Assembly: GCA_963727775.1 (NCBI GenBank)
Contig: CAVSHB010000001.1
Span: 192,001 to 256,000, forward strand
Direction of reading: 5' to 3'
Source of the DNA: an uncultured Nitrospiraceae bacterium
GTDB taxonomy: Bacteria > Nitrospirota > Thermodesulfovibrionia > Thermodesulfovibrionales > SM23-35
DNA length: 64,000 bases
Positions within the stretch are counted from its first letter, which is position 1, and each line of letters starts with the position of its first letter. The notes beneath the pieces were generated by a model. It was given only the letters and a program-made list of their open reading frames with translations, searched no databases and was not told the origin of the DNA. This document shows positions 22,348 through 33,400 of this stretch, one piece after another. The position numbers and the translations under genes were made by a program.

Positions 22348-22779
22348 ATGAAACAGGTACGACGCGAGACGGTAAGAAGAATGCTTCTTGAAAGAAAAAT
22401 GGATGCGCTCAGAATCTTGAAGAGCGGAATGAAACGGCTCCTATCAGGAGAAACAAAGGAGACCTTCGGTGCGGGACTGGAAAAGGGCGACCTTTCGGTA
22501 GCCTGCCAGAACGAGAGCATGCAGAGCACGCGGCTTAAGTCCCAATGGGAGCTAATAAGAAAAATCGACCGTGCACTAAAACACATCGAGGACGGCACCT
22601 ACGGCATTTGCGAAGAGTGAAATGAAGAGATCAGCGAAGACCGTCTGAGCATCGTCCCCTTTGCTCTTTATTGCCGGGATTGCCAGGAAACAATAGAGCT
22701 GGAGAGGAAAAAGATAGAAGTGGGGTCACGTCTTGCCGGGCTGTGGAAAAACTCTCTGAGAGATTACAGGTTAATGTGA
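22348..22779 (+). pseudogene. TraR/DksA C4 zinc-finger regulator with in-frame TGA (nonsense or Sec)
   Basis: IDRALKHIEDGTYGICEE[TGA]NEEISEDRLSIVPFALYCRDCQ. TGA at 22618-22620 replaces the second Cys and the frame stays open to 22779. Confidence 0.75.
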
Positions 22780-22873
22780 TGATTTCCATCAACTCCACAT
22801 CATTAGATCATGTCCCGAAGACGTTGAAAAGGAAAACTCTCGTAGGTTATGTTAGAAGGTAACAAAGGGAGCC

Positions 22874-23473
22874 ATGCCAGAATTTAAAAACAGAGAAGAA
22901 TATGAGAAATGGAAGGCGCAGAAAATTAAGGACAATGAAAAAAGAACTGACTCTGTGTCAATACACTCTCAACAAGAAGAACAAAACACAAAGGAAACTT
23001 CAGGATACAGACACCAATATTTCTCAGGACCAGCAGAGAATGTAGTGTATGCGGGATTCTGGCGAAGGGTAATGGCTTCTTTGGTAGATTTCATTGTGTG
23101 GCTCTTTATATCGGTGATATTTGTTGTTGCCTTATATGCCTTAACAGGAAGCGGTCTTCGGGCAGCAAACTCACTTCCTGCAAACTTATTCACTTTTATC
23201 GCATCTTGGCTATACTCTGCAATTATGGAAAGTTCAGATAAACAAGCAACGCTGGGGAAGATGGCGATAGGCATTGTTGTTACCGACCTTGAAGGCAATA
23301 AAATCTCATTCGGTAAGGCAACTGGGCGATATTTTGCAAAAATATTATCCACATTAATATTGCTTATCGGTTACATGATGGCTGGGTTTACACAGAAGAA
23401 ACAAGCTCTTCACGACATGATGGCTGGCACTTTGGTAGTAGTTAACCCAAAAAGTGCAGTTGACCTAAAATAA
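22874..23473 (+). CDS. RDD family membrane protein
   Basis: YAGFWRRVMASLVD...QATLGK...GRY...QALHDMMAGT. Confidence 0.92.
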   Translation: MPEFKNREEYEKWKAQKIKDNEKRTDSVSIHSQQEEQNTKETSGYRHQYFSGPAENVVYAGFWRRVMASLVDFIVWLFISVIFVVALYALTGSGLRAANSLPANLFTFIASWLYSAIMESSDKQATLGKMAIGIVVTDLEGNKISFGKATGRYFAKILSTLILLIGYMMAGFTQKKQALHDMMAGTLVVVNPKSAVDLK

Positions 23474-23477
23474 TATC

Positions 23478-25066
23478 CCCGAAGAAATTCTCCTTTCGTA
23501 TTAGAATCAATAGGTTTAAGCGACCATCAACTCTAAACGAAAGGAGAATAGAAATATGCAGTCAAAATGTAGCACAAACATCGAAATAAATAAAGTAAGG
23601 ATTAGATTTACGGAGAAGAAGATGACGGCATATGGGGGATTCAGTTTATTGGCTGCATTTTTTGAAAAGATCAAATTGAGAGGAATTTTGCAAGAGTTGA
23701 TTCCGATCCATGAGAGTTCTCCCAATGGAATGGGGATATACAGCAAGGTATTGGCGTACATCCTTCTGATCTATGCGGGAGGCAGCAGGTTTTCTCATCT
23801 ACTTTATCTTGGCTGGCAGGAGATTTTCACCGATCTTTTTGCAGTAAAGAGGCTTCCTTTAGCCTCAACGACATTGGGCAGGCTTTTCAGGAAAATCAGG
23901 AAACTGAAGGAAGTGGAAGCGATGTCGGAGGGTTTATGGGAATATTTGAAGAGATTGATTCCCTGGAAGGAGATCAAAGAGGACTGGCTCACATTTGATT
24001 CCACAGTCCTTGAGCGATACGGCAAACAGGAGGGTGCAAAGAGGGGATATAACCCGAAGAAGAAGGGCCGTGGTAGCCACAGCCCGCTTCTGGCATTTCT
24101 GAACAAGAGCAAATATGTGGTGCATCTGTGGAACCGTCCCGGCAATGTGATGTCATGGAATAACATCATTGGATTTTTCGAGTCCACATGGCACAGGATT
24201 AGCGGGCATATCGATATTAAGGGCGTTATTGCGGACAGCGGATTTTATCTCAGAGAATTTATCGAACTTTTGGAGCGGAGAAAATTAATCTATATCATAG
24301 CCGCTCGCCTATACCGTCCTTTGCAGAGGATGGTTTATGCACAACAAAACTGGAAGCGGATAGAAGAGGGGATATGGATCACGGAGTTCTTTTTCCAGCA
24401 TGTCGATTGGATAACCGACAGGAGATTCATTGCAGTCCGGCAGGATATAAAGAAGAGGCCGCATGCGATGGGGAAGGAGTTATCTCTTTTTAGAGATGAG
24501 TTTGATACAGGGAATTATCGTTACAGCGTATGGATAACCAATTCACATGATCCCGCATATGAGGTATGGAAGCAGTGCAGGCCGAGGGCGAACGATGAGA
24601 ATACCATCAAGGAACTGAAAGAGGATTTTGCGCTTGGAGGGTTCTCGATGAAGTATTTCTATTCAACAGAGGCGGCAATGCTTATTCGGGTATTCATCTA
24701 CAATCTGTTTGTCCTGTTTCGACATCAGATACTGGGGCAGAAAGAAAAGATAGAACGCCTGAAGACCTTGCGGTATAAGTATTTTGTCCTCCCCGCCCAA
24801 TTGGGAGGAGATGGCAGAAGGCTGGTATTGCGGATCTCCGTCTTTACACAGAAAGTACGATCAAAACTGTTATACCTCTTTAACCGCATAAGACAATACT
24901 TTCCGCCAGGTCTTGATAATTGCACTGCAGTTGGATGATGACAATAAACTTCAAAAGGAGGTATGTCAAAAAACAGTGTAAAGATTAGCTTTGCTAACGC
25001 TAATTCCGAGAATGCCTTGATAGGCTTGGATCTATAGGCATGTCTTTTCCAATTGCACTTTTCGGG
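23478..25066 (+). mobile_element. IS1380-family element (ends approximate)
   Basis: Transposase flanked by CCCGAA...TTCGGG; no clear TSD. Confidence 0.7.
23556..24938 (+). CDS. IS1380 DDE transposase
   Basis: TAYGG, FDST...YGKQEGAKRGYN, ADSGF, RANDENTIKELK. Confidence 0.92.
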   Translation: MQSKCSTNIEINKVRIRFTEKKMTAYGGFSLLAAFFEKIKLRGILQELIPIHESSPNGMGIYSKVLAYILLIYAGGSRFSHLLYLGWQEIFTDLFAVKRLPLASTTLGRLFRKIRKLKEVEAMSEGLWEYLKRLIPWKEIKEDWLTFDSTVLERYGKQEGAKRGYNPKKKGRGSHSPLLAFLNKSKYVVHLWNRPGNVMSWNNIIGFFESTWHRISGHIDIKGVIADSGFYLREFIELLERRKLIYIIAARLYRPLQRMVYAQQNWKRIEEGIWITEFFFQHVDWITDRRFIAVRQDIKKRPHAMGKELSLFRDEFDTGNYRYSVWITNSHDPAYEVWKQCRPRANDENTIKELKEDFALGGFSMKYFYSTEAAMLIRVFIYNLFVLFRHQILGQKEKIERLKTLRYKYFVLPAQLGGDGRRLVLRISVFTQKVRSKLLYLFNRIRQYFPPGLDNCTAVG

Positions 25067-25250
25067 TTAAACAATAAGATAATTAGCTAACCCATTCTTT
25101 CCGTCTCTGCGCAATCCAAAACCACCCAGAACCATTTTTAACGTAATATGATGTGATACCTTGCTTTCCAATGTTGTCGACATTGATTTCTGGTTATACT
25201 CAGCATTGATGTAGGATGGAAAAAGTGGACACCAAAGTCAGATAAAATAA

Positions 25251-25586
25251 ATGAAAGACGGAGGTGTCAGAATGAAAGGGATTCCGCAGGGACGTTACAC
25301 GAAGGAGTTTCGTGGGGAGGCAGTGAAGATGGTGTTAGCCGGGGGTATATCGTTGCTGGAGGCAGCTCACCGGCTGTCATTGCCGCCCTCGACGTTAGGG
25401 AACTGGGTCAAGGCGCATAAAGCTGGCAAGCTGGAAGATATAGGCAAGACACAGAAGCCACTGACGGAGCTAGAGATGGAACTGGCAAGGGTAAAGAAAG
25501 AGCTGGTAGAGACGAGAATGGAGCGTGATCTGCTAAAAAAAGCTGCCGCGTACTTTGCGAAGGAGTCGCTGCCCGGTACGCGCTAA
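25251..25586 (+). CDS. IS3 OrfA
   Basis: RYTKEFR..AV HTH; ERDLLKKAAAYF; TAATG overlap with OrfB. Confidence 0.9.
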   Translation: MKDGGVRMKGIPQGRYTKEFRGEAVKMVLAGGISLLEAAHRLSLPPSTLGNWVKAHKAGKLEDIGKTQKPLTELEMELARVKKELVETRMERDLLKKAAAYFAKESLPGTR

Positions 25587-26446
25587 TGAAAGAAATGCGA
25601 CTTCAATATTCAGTGCCGCTGATGTGCCGGATATATAACGTATCGGCAAGCGGATACTATGCACACGTGACAAGGCCGCTTTCTAAGCGGGGGCAGGAAG
25701 ACGCCCGCTTGGAGGTTGAGATTAAGGCTGCACATAAGAGGACACGGCGGGTATGCGGCGCTGAGAGATTACAGAAGGATTTGGCAGACAACGGTATTGC
25801 AGTGGGTGTTTGCCGGATCAAGCGACTCAGGAAGAAGCTCGGTATACGCTGTAAGCAGACGAAGAAATTCAAAACTACAACTGACTCAAAACATACGCTT
25901 CCGGTGGCTGAGAACCTACTGGACCAGCAGTTTGAAGTATCCAGGCCGAACATGGCATGGTTGAGCGATATAACATATGTTTGGACCGATGAAGGATGGC
26001 TGTACCTTGCCGCGCACAAGGATCTTTTTAACGGTGAGATAGTCGGATACGCAATGGGAGAACGGATAACGAAGAGCCTTGTAAGTCAGTCTTTATTCCG
26101 TGCCGTTGCAGCGAAGCGTCCAGGGAAGGGGCTGATTCATCACTCGGATCGCGGGAGCCAATATTGTGCTCATGATTATCGGAAGCTTCTTAATCAGTTC
26201 GGCATGACGGCATCAATGAGTAGAAAAGGGAATTGCTACGACAATGCCCCGATGGAGAGTTTCTGGGGCACGCTGAAGCAGGAGCTTGTCCATCACAGAC
26301 GCTACAGGAACAGACAAGAGGCAGTGCAGGATATCACGGAATATATCGAGATCTTCTACAACAGGCAGCGCCGACAGGCAAGACTTGGATATCTATCCCC
26401 AGTTGCTTATGAGTATCAATTCTATGCACGAGAGCTGGCAGCATGA
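25586..26446 (+). CDS. IS3 OrfB DDE transposase
   Basis: WLSDITY, HSDRGSQY, DNAPMESF. Confidence 0.93.
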   Translation: MKEMRLQYSVPLMCRIYNVSASGYYAHVTRPLSKRGQEDARLEVEIKAAHKRTRRVCGAERLQKDLADNGIAVGVCRIKRLRKKLGIRCKQTKKFKTTTDSKHTLPVAENLLDQQFEVSRPNMAWLSDITYVWTDEGWLYLAAHKDLFNGEIVGYAMGERITKSLVSQSLFRAVAAKRPGKGLIHHSDRGSQYCAHDYRKLLNQFGMTASMSRKGNCYDNAPMESFWGTLKQELVHHRRYRNRQEAVQDITEYIEIFYNRQRRQARLGYLSPVAYEYQFYARELAA

Positions 26447-26685
26447 AAGGTTTGGTGTCCACTATTGACATCCGAGGTCAGCATTTTTGAAGAGTATACC
26501 ACAGACGCGGATTTCAGGAAGGACATAACTCTCCGTATTTCTATTAGAAGGTCTCACACTGCAGCCTGGAAGGTAGGATTAGAACACCGTAAACTTTACA
26601 TGCACAGCCTTTACAATCCCAGATCTATGTTCCACATCTATCCCCATCTGCCGGTCCGCCGATTAAAAGGATTCAATCTCCTTGA

Positions 26686-27288
26686 TCATTTCAACTCCCC
26701 TAACTCCGGGTGTTCTCTTCGAAACTTTGCATGTGCTTCCCGAGGGCTCATATCATCCAAGCCCAATCTTTTTCTACGCATCTCATAAGTCTCCACAAGA
26801 AGATTTCCATCGATCTTAACATTGGTTTGCAAATGTCCCCTCAGCTTAAGGCCAGTCTCGACATATTTATGCCGAGCCATGAAATCAGGCACATCGATGA
26901 AATCTTTTGTCATGCCGCTCGCATCTTTCATCTCTTCGCCGCTCGGAGCAATGACCATAGCGGAAATCACCTTTGTTGATTCAAGACCTTGGCTGAGAAC
27001 CTCCACTAAACGAGCGTCCGTAATGCCTTGACGATCCATGATCTCGGTAATTGCTTCCTTACCCCTACTTTTCCCTATAACAAGCCCAGGGTTCTTATCG
27101 GCGGTAGAGGCCGCATATCCAGCAGCGATCATAGCGTCTTTCATCGTCTTATAGCCGGGATCCTGAAGGTTCTTTATAAGGCGGCGTTCGCGAAGGGAAA
27201 GCTTGCGTTCTTTTTTCTTTTTGGTAGGGGCAGGGACAGGTATTTCAGTGACCGGATTTGCAGGCTCGTTTTTCGCACCTATGCTCAC
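26686..27288 (-). CDS. Terminase small subunit-like protein (paralog 2)
   Basis: LSLRERRL...DAMIAAGYAASTA HTH; VPDFMARHKYVETGLKLRG; C-terminus shared with paralog 1. Confidence 0.65.
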   Translation of the reverse strand: MSIGAKNEPANPVTEIPVPAPTKKKKERKLSLRERRLIKNLQDPGYKTMKDAMIAAGYAASTADKNPGLVIGKSRGKEAITEIMDRQGITDARLVEVLSQGLESTKVISAMVIAPSGEEMKDASGMTKDFIDVPDFMARHKYVETGLKLRGHLQTNVKIDGNLLVETYEMRRKRLGLDDMSPREAHAKFRREHPELGELK

Positions 27289-27716
27289 TGTTGAAGTCTC
27301 CTTTTGTCCTCAGATTTAAAGCAATTTAGGTGCACAGCTCTGTACCTTTTGTAAATATATCAGATTTTATTAGATTTTGGCGGAATTCACTCGATATTGG
27401 CAGTAATCCTAAAATGCAATTCGCAGTTATTTGACAAAGTGGTAACCTTTGTGCGAATCGCTGCCTGCGTAGCATTAAGAGGACTCCAATTTCCTTGCTC
27501 ATACTGGATCGCCTTCCCTCCCAAACTCCGGATGTTCTCTTATAAACTTTGCATGCGCTTCTTTGGGTGGCATATCATCAAGGCCAAGCCTTTTACGCCT
27601 CGCCTCATACGTTTCGGCGGGTACATTTACCGTTACTTGCCCCTTGAGCATGCCGAGGCGTTGCATTTTTATTCCAATGGCTTGCAGTTTATCAAAGAAC
27701 TTCAGCGTCCTGTGGG

Positions 27717-29099
27717 GATAGCGTAAGATCAATTCTGCAAATATGAATCAGGGTATAATTCTCAATGGAAAAAGCAATCTCTCAAAGAGAGAAAGGAGAA
27801 TTATACCCATGAGAAGAATTTTATCAAAGAAGGCGAAAAAAGTCATTGAGGATGGAGTGCAGGAGTTTATGGCGATGCCCCCGTTAGCGGAGTTGACGAG
27901 GATCGGAGCGAGGATGATGTTAGAGTCGGCGATGGAAGAAGAAGTGACGGCATATCTTCAGAGAGACTATTATGAGAGGAATGCCTGCGCTAAAGGAAGC
28001 CGGAGTGGATCGAAGCCCAGAACCGTGAAGATCGGTAGCGGTGATATAGGGCTAAAGATGCCGCAGGTAAGGAATGCCGGTGGCCCATTTCATTCCCGGA
28101 TATTGCCGCCACGGATGACCCAGATGGATGAAATACAGGAAATCATCCCTCTTTTGTATATGAACGGCCTGTCCAGCAGGAAGGTAAAGAAAGCTGTGGG
28201 TAAACTCATAGGCAAGAAAGGCCTGAGCCATCAGAATGTCATAAGGATCAGCGGCAGGATCGTCGATGAGTTCAATGCATGGAAGAAGCGGGACTTATCG
28301 ATGCTGCAGGTGGTGTATCTTGTTCTGGACGGCGTACGGATGGGAGTAAGGGCCGGGACCAAGGAGAAAGAGGCGGTGCTGGTGGCCTGGGCGTTTCTGG
28401 AGGACGGCAGCCGGGAGCTCGTGGGCGTGTCCCTTGGCAACAGTGAATCGTACAATGCGTGGAAAGGTTTTCTGGAGGATCTCACGAAACGGGGCATAAG
28501 TGAACCAATGCTCACGGTTATCGATGGCTGTCCCGGCCTTATCAAGGCGGTGGATGAAGTCTTCCCTGAATCAGACAAACAGCGCTGCACGAAGCACAGG
28601 ACTGAAAACGTGCTGGATAAAGTACTGGAACAGGACAAGGCATCAGTAAAAGAGTCAGTAAGGAAGGTGTTTTACGCCTCGACCTATGAGCACGCAAAGG
28701 AGGCCGTGGAAATGTTCAAGAAGAAGTGGCGCATGAAATATCCTTCGGCAGTGGAATGCCTGACTGAAAATATAGAAGACTGTCTGACCTATTACAAATA
28801 TCCTTACCAGCACTGGCTTAGAATTCGGACGACCAATATAGTGGAGAGGAGCTTCAAGGAGGTGAAGCGAAGGGTAAAGGTAGCAGGCCGGTTTCAGAAG
28901 GAGGAGCGTGCGCTCACCATGGTTTACTGGCAGCTCCACGAACTTAGATGGAACGGTGTAAGCATGACCAAGGAGGCAAAGGCAATCCTTACGAGGATCC
29001 GGGCATCAAGGATGCAAAGGGTTGCGGCATAATCGTATCAATGAAAACCCTTGAGAATAAAGCCCTGAAGAGAATTTACAGAAAAGACTTGACACTGTC
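27717..29099 (+). mobile_element. IS256-family element (1383 bp)
   Basis: Imperfect TIRs GATAGCGTAAG.../GACAGTGTCAAG...; 8-bp TSD CCTGTGGG at 27709-27716 and 29100-29107. Confidence 0.93.
27743..29032 (+). CDS. IS256 (mutator-type) transposase
   Basis: YLVLDG, VIDGCPGL, QRCTKH, RTTNIVER.FKEVKRR. Confidence 0.93.
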   Translation: MNQGIILNGKSNLSKRERRIIPMRRILSKKAKKVIEDGVQEFMAMPPLAELTRIGARMMLESAMEEEVTAYLQRDYYERNACAKGSRSGSKPRTVKIGSGDIGLKMPQVRNAGGPFHSRILPPRMTQMDEIQEIIPLLYMNGLSSRKVKKAVGKLIGKKGLSHQNVIRISGRIVDEFNAWKKRDLSMLQVVYLVLDGVRMGVRAGTKEKEAVLVAWAFLEDGSRELVGVSLGNSESYNAWKGFLEDLTKRGISEPMLTVIDGCPGLIKAVDEVFPESDKQRCTKHRTENVLDKVLEQDKASVKESVRKVFYASTYEHAKEAVEMFKKKWRMKYPSAVECLTENIEDCLTYYKYPYQHWLRIRTTNIVERSFKEVKRRVKVAGRFQKEERALTMVYWQLHELRWNGVSMTKEAKAILTRIRASRMQRVAA

Positions 29100-29665
29100 C
29101 CTGTGGGTCCCGATCTGGGTTTTGAGGATTCCCAGCTCCTTCACACAGGCGACCTGCTCGACTGTAAGCTCGTGGATATTCTTCAATTCCCCATTATCAT
29201 GCACGAAATCCTTGAGATTAAACCGTATTATCGTGTCAAGGTGAGCCTCCACTTCATGAGCCTCCATAAGTGCTTTATGAGTCAAATTGTTGAGGGAATT
29301 ACGAGAATTAGTAATTGCAGTTTGAATCTGAGGTCTTAGGTTTTCTGCGCCAATAGCACAAGCAGTCTTTTTTGAATAACCCGCGCGAATTGCTGCTTGG
29401 GTAGCATTGAAATCTTTCAGATACTCAACGACAAAGAGCTGTTCTTTCGGTGTAAGTTGCCCGTTCTTTCTTATTGGCATAATTCCTCCTGACGATCATC
29501 CAGATGATGCGACGTTTACTGTCGGCATTCCATTCAGGAAGTTCTTGAGAGTGTAATTACTCAGGAAGTTATCTTTGCTGGACTCAGGGATTATTTTGTG
29601 TAGCTCTTGTGTAGCTTTTTTAGGTATGACGGGGTGGTTAACTGTTGAATTTAAATGGTTTTTAC

Positions 29666-29743
<78 letters not shown>

Positions 29744-29752
29744 AATCTTTGA

Positions 29753-30466
29753 TCAATACTTGAGTATGTCCAGATAATCGGCGATATCTTTCTCTTCAGT
29801 TCCTCTGGCCTTTATCTTTTTTTCTTTCAGCTCTTCTATCGCCTTTTCTCTGTACCCGTTATAGGCAGGGTCAAACTCTATCGCATGAGACATTGCGACG
29901 GCGGCGTCACCATACTGGCCTTTGGCGTTATAACAGAGTGCAAGACCATAATACGGCATATGAAAATTTGAGACTCTTTTTAACGCCTCTTTATAGGTGT
30001 CTATTGCGTCGTCGTATCTCGAAAGCCTGTAGTATACCATCCCGATATTGTTCAATGCCAGTGCAGTATTTTTATATTGAGGGTTCGCGAGAGCTAATTT
30101 ATATGATGCGATTGCTTCGGTGAAATTCCCCATGTTCGCATAGGTATTGCCGAGATTTGTTGCCGCCTCTGAAAAGTTTTTATCTATTCTTAACGCTTCC
30201 CTGAAATGTTTTATCGCGTTAGGATAGTCTTGAAACTTCACAAGATATATGATGCCGATTGCATTGTGGCTGTCTTTATCATCCGGGTTCAGTTCCAGTG
30301 ATTTTTGAAATTCAACAAATGCGGGCTGAATGTTATTGTCATTAAGATATGACACGCCTAACTGGTAATGTGCTACGGCTTTCTGGACTTTATTTTCTTT
30401 TGCCACGGTTGCACAGGAAACGAGAAACAGCATAAAAAGAAAAAAGGCAAGGCGGGATATCTTCAT
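29753..30466 (-). CDS. TPR lipoprotein (PilF/Tgl-like pilotin)
   Basis: Lipobox LVSC followed by multiple TPRs. Confidence 0.8.
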   Translation of the reverse strand: MKISRLAFFLFMLFLVSCATVAKENKVQKAVAHYQLGVSYLNDNNIQPAFVEFQKSLELNPDDKDSHNAIGIIYLVKFQDYPNAIKHFREALRIDKNFSEAATNLGNTYANMGNFTEAIASYKLALANPQYKNTALALNNIGMVYYRLSRYDDAIDTYKEALKRVSNFHMPYYGLALCYNAKGQYGDAAVAMSHAIEFDPAYNGYREKAIEELKEKKIKARGTEEKDIADYLDILKY

Positions 30467-30490
30467 TAGTTATTCTCCTGAATATATATA

Positions 30491-33400
30491 TTAAACCTTC
30501 TTAAAGGTATCAGAAACACTCAGACAAGTAAAGAGACAGGAAATCTTATCGTAAACCTTATCCCATGACATACCTTTTATATCGATCTCAAAACCTTCAG
30601 GGAGGAACCTTAAGTTCCCGTCTATCTTATCTCTCAGCCCGAAGATATCCTGCGGTTCCACTTTCGTATCAGGCGAAAATATTACGCTGATCTTACCGTT
30701 TGCTTCCTGGACTTTTGTAATGAGGAGGCCCCGTGCCGTCAATTTCAGACTCATGATGTCTGTAAGGTTCTTGACCTCATCCGGCAGCCGGCCGAACCTG
30801 TCGTCCATTTCGGATTCGATCGCCTTCAATGTCTCCGGTGTCTTCGATGAAGCAATCCTCCTGTAAAGGCTCAACCTCAGGGAAATGTCATCGATATATT
30901 CTTCAGGGATAAAAGCATTGACCTTCAGAGTTATTGAAGGTTCAAACTCCTCCTCGATTTTTATGCCTTTCAGTTCCGCAACCGCCTTTTCCAGCATCTC
31001 GATATAGAGGTCGAACCCGACCGCGTGAATATGTCCGGACTGTTCGGCGCCGAGAAGGTTCCCGGCCCCCCTGATCTCAAGGTCTCTTAAAGCGAGCCTG
31101 AAACCTGCCCCCAAATAGCTCATGTCCTGTATGGCCTGCAACCTTTGTTTGGCCTCATGGGTAATGATGTCCTCACCCGGGACGAGAAAATACGCGTAGG
31201 CCTTTGCATTGCCTCTTCCGACGCGCCCCCTGAGCTGGTAAAGATCGGCCAAACCCATAGCGTCCGCCCTATTGATAATAATGGTATTGGCGGTCGGTAT
31301 GTCGAGGCCGGAGCCTATGATGGCTGTCGACACCAGCATATCCGTTTCATGCTCGTAAAATTTAAGCATCACCCTTTCCAGTTCTTTTCCGTCCATCTGT
31401 CCGTGCGCGACGGCCATCCTCAACGACGGCACGAGCTTCATGATAAAATCTGCAATCTTGTAAATGTCTTTTATCCTGTTATGGACAAAGAACACCTGAC
31501 CGTTCCTGTCAAGTTCCTTTTTAATCGCATCCTTTATAAGCGTTTCATCGAACAGGGACACAATACTTTTTACAGCGAGTCTTTCCTCCGGCGGCGTTTC
31601 GATCACGCTCATTTCTCTTATGTCCGATAACGCCATATGGAGGGTCCTCGGAATAGGCGTCGCAGTGAGGGTGATCACATCAATGCCCTTTTTCAGCTCT
31701 TTTATCTTTTCTTTCTGACCGACTCCGAACCTGTGTTCTTCGTCTATGATAAGGAGTCCGAGGTTGTGGAAATGTAAGTCTTTGCCGAGGAGGCTGTGGG
31801 TCCCGATGATAATATCGATATCTCCGTCAGATAATGCCTTGATCGTCTTTTTCCGGTCTTTCGCGGGTTTGAATCTGCTGATGTAATCTATGTGGACAGG
31901 AAAGGCGGAAAACCTCGATTTGAAAGTGCGGAAATGCTGTTCGCAGAGGATTGTCGTAGGCACAAGCACAACCACCTGCATGCCGTCATAAACAGCCTTA
32001 AAAGCGGCCCTCATCGCTACTTCTGTTTTCCCGTATCCTACATCTCCGCAGATGAGCCTGTCCACGGGTTTGTCGGATTCCATGTCCCTTTTAATGTCCA
32101 CTATTGCTTTAAGCTGGTCCGGCGTTGCTTCATACGTGAAAAAGCTGTCGAATTCCCTGTGCAGTTCCGTATCCGGGCTGAAAGTAAACCCTTTATGTAT
32201 CTTTCTTTCCGCGTAAAGGCCGACGAGCTTTTCCGCCATTTCCTGAATCTTCTTTATTACTCTGTCTTTTGTCTTCTGCCATGTCTTCCCGCCGAGCCTG
32301 TCGACCTTGGGAGTAATGCCTTCTTCTGAATGGTATTTGCTGATCTTGTTGATGGACTGTAAGGGCAGGTACAATCTTCCGCCTTCGTATTCTATCTGCA
32401 CCAAATCTTCTTTAATGCCTTCTATGTTCTGCTGCACGAGGCCGTAGAACCTGCCTATGCCGTGGTCCTTATGGACGATGAAATCTCCGGGCCGCAGGTC
32501 ATCGAGTGATGTAAGAAGCCCGGATATCTTCGATTTCTTGATAGGCCTGTAATTAGGTCTTTCCCCGAATATCTCTTTTTCAGTCAGGATTAAAAGGCCC
32601 GGCATATGGAGCCCTGCTGAAAGGCTCCCGATCGTTATGGAGATTGCACCTTCATATTCATAAAGCTCACCCTTATCGATTAAGGGCGCAACGACACCCC
32701 CTTCCATCAGAATGTCTTTCAGTCGTTCTGCCTGTCCGCCGGATGAACAAATAATCGCGATTCTGTTTTCTCTTATGAGGGGCTTGATATTGACCGGCAG
32801 ATCCCCTATGTCTTTCCTCTCTTCAGGCGTTATCCCAAGACCTTTTAGCGGCAATGCTTCTGCGCTGTATCCGGGGCCTTGTATGGAATATCTCGAAAAA
32901 AATACAACTTCTTCGGGAAGACCGTCTTTTTCGTGGATAGAATCCGAGAAAAAGTATTTAATCCATGGCATCAACCCGAGAGGGGTTGTGCCTGATGCAG
33001 GGTCTGCCGCGGGCAGCATCAGGACAAAAGATACTTCTCCCGTGGACCTCTGCGTATCCACATCGAATATTTTGATGATATCTATCTCATCCCCGAAGAA
33101 CTCAAGCCTCGCTGGCGTTTCGGATGTCGAAGGGAAAACATCGAGAAGCCAGCCGCGACGGCTGTACTCTCCTTTTCCGGAAACGAGGGGTACATTCGTA
33201 TACCCCATTCCCCGCAGTCTTTCTTCAATTTCCTGCCGGCTGATAACCATTCCTTTTCTAATGTTCAGTGCCTTCTCGGCCAGCTCTTCCCATGGCCATA
33301 CCGTTGACTGGAGACTCTTAAAAGAACAGACGACGGATTCATTCCCTTTAAGAGAGTTGACCAGGTTGGCCCTTTCACCCGACACAGAGGGACCGTTGGG

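Larger units (their letters stand above)
25207..26480 (+). mobile_element. IS3-family element (1274 bp)
   Basis: TIRs TGATGTAGGATGGAAAAAGTGGACACCAAA / TGACCTCGGATGTCAATAGTGGACACCAAA; 4-bp TSD GCAT. Confidence 0.93.
27499..29480 (-). pseudogene. terS: Terminase small subunit (paralog 1) split by IS256
   Basis: LTPKEQLFVVEYLKDFNATQAAIRAGYSKKTA. IS removal joins ...IGTHR to TLKFFDKLQA... in frame. Confidence 0.88.

Noticed and set aside
22835..22862. TTATGTTAGAA as a dif/XerD arm
   Set aside because: There is no matching XerC arm at 6-bp spacing.
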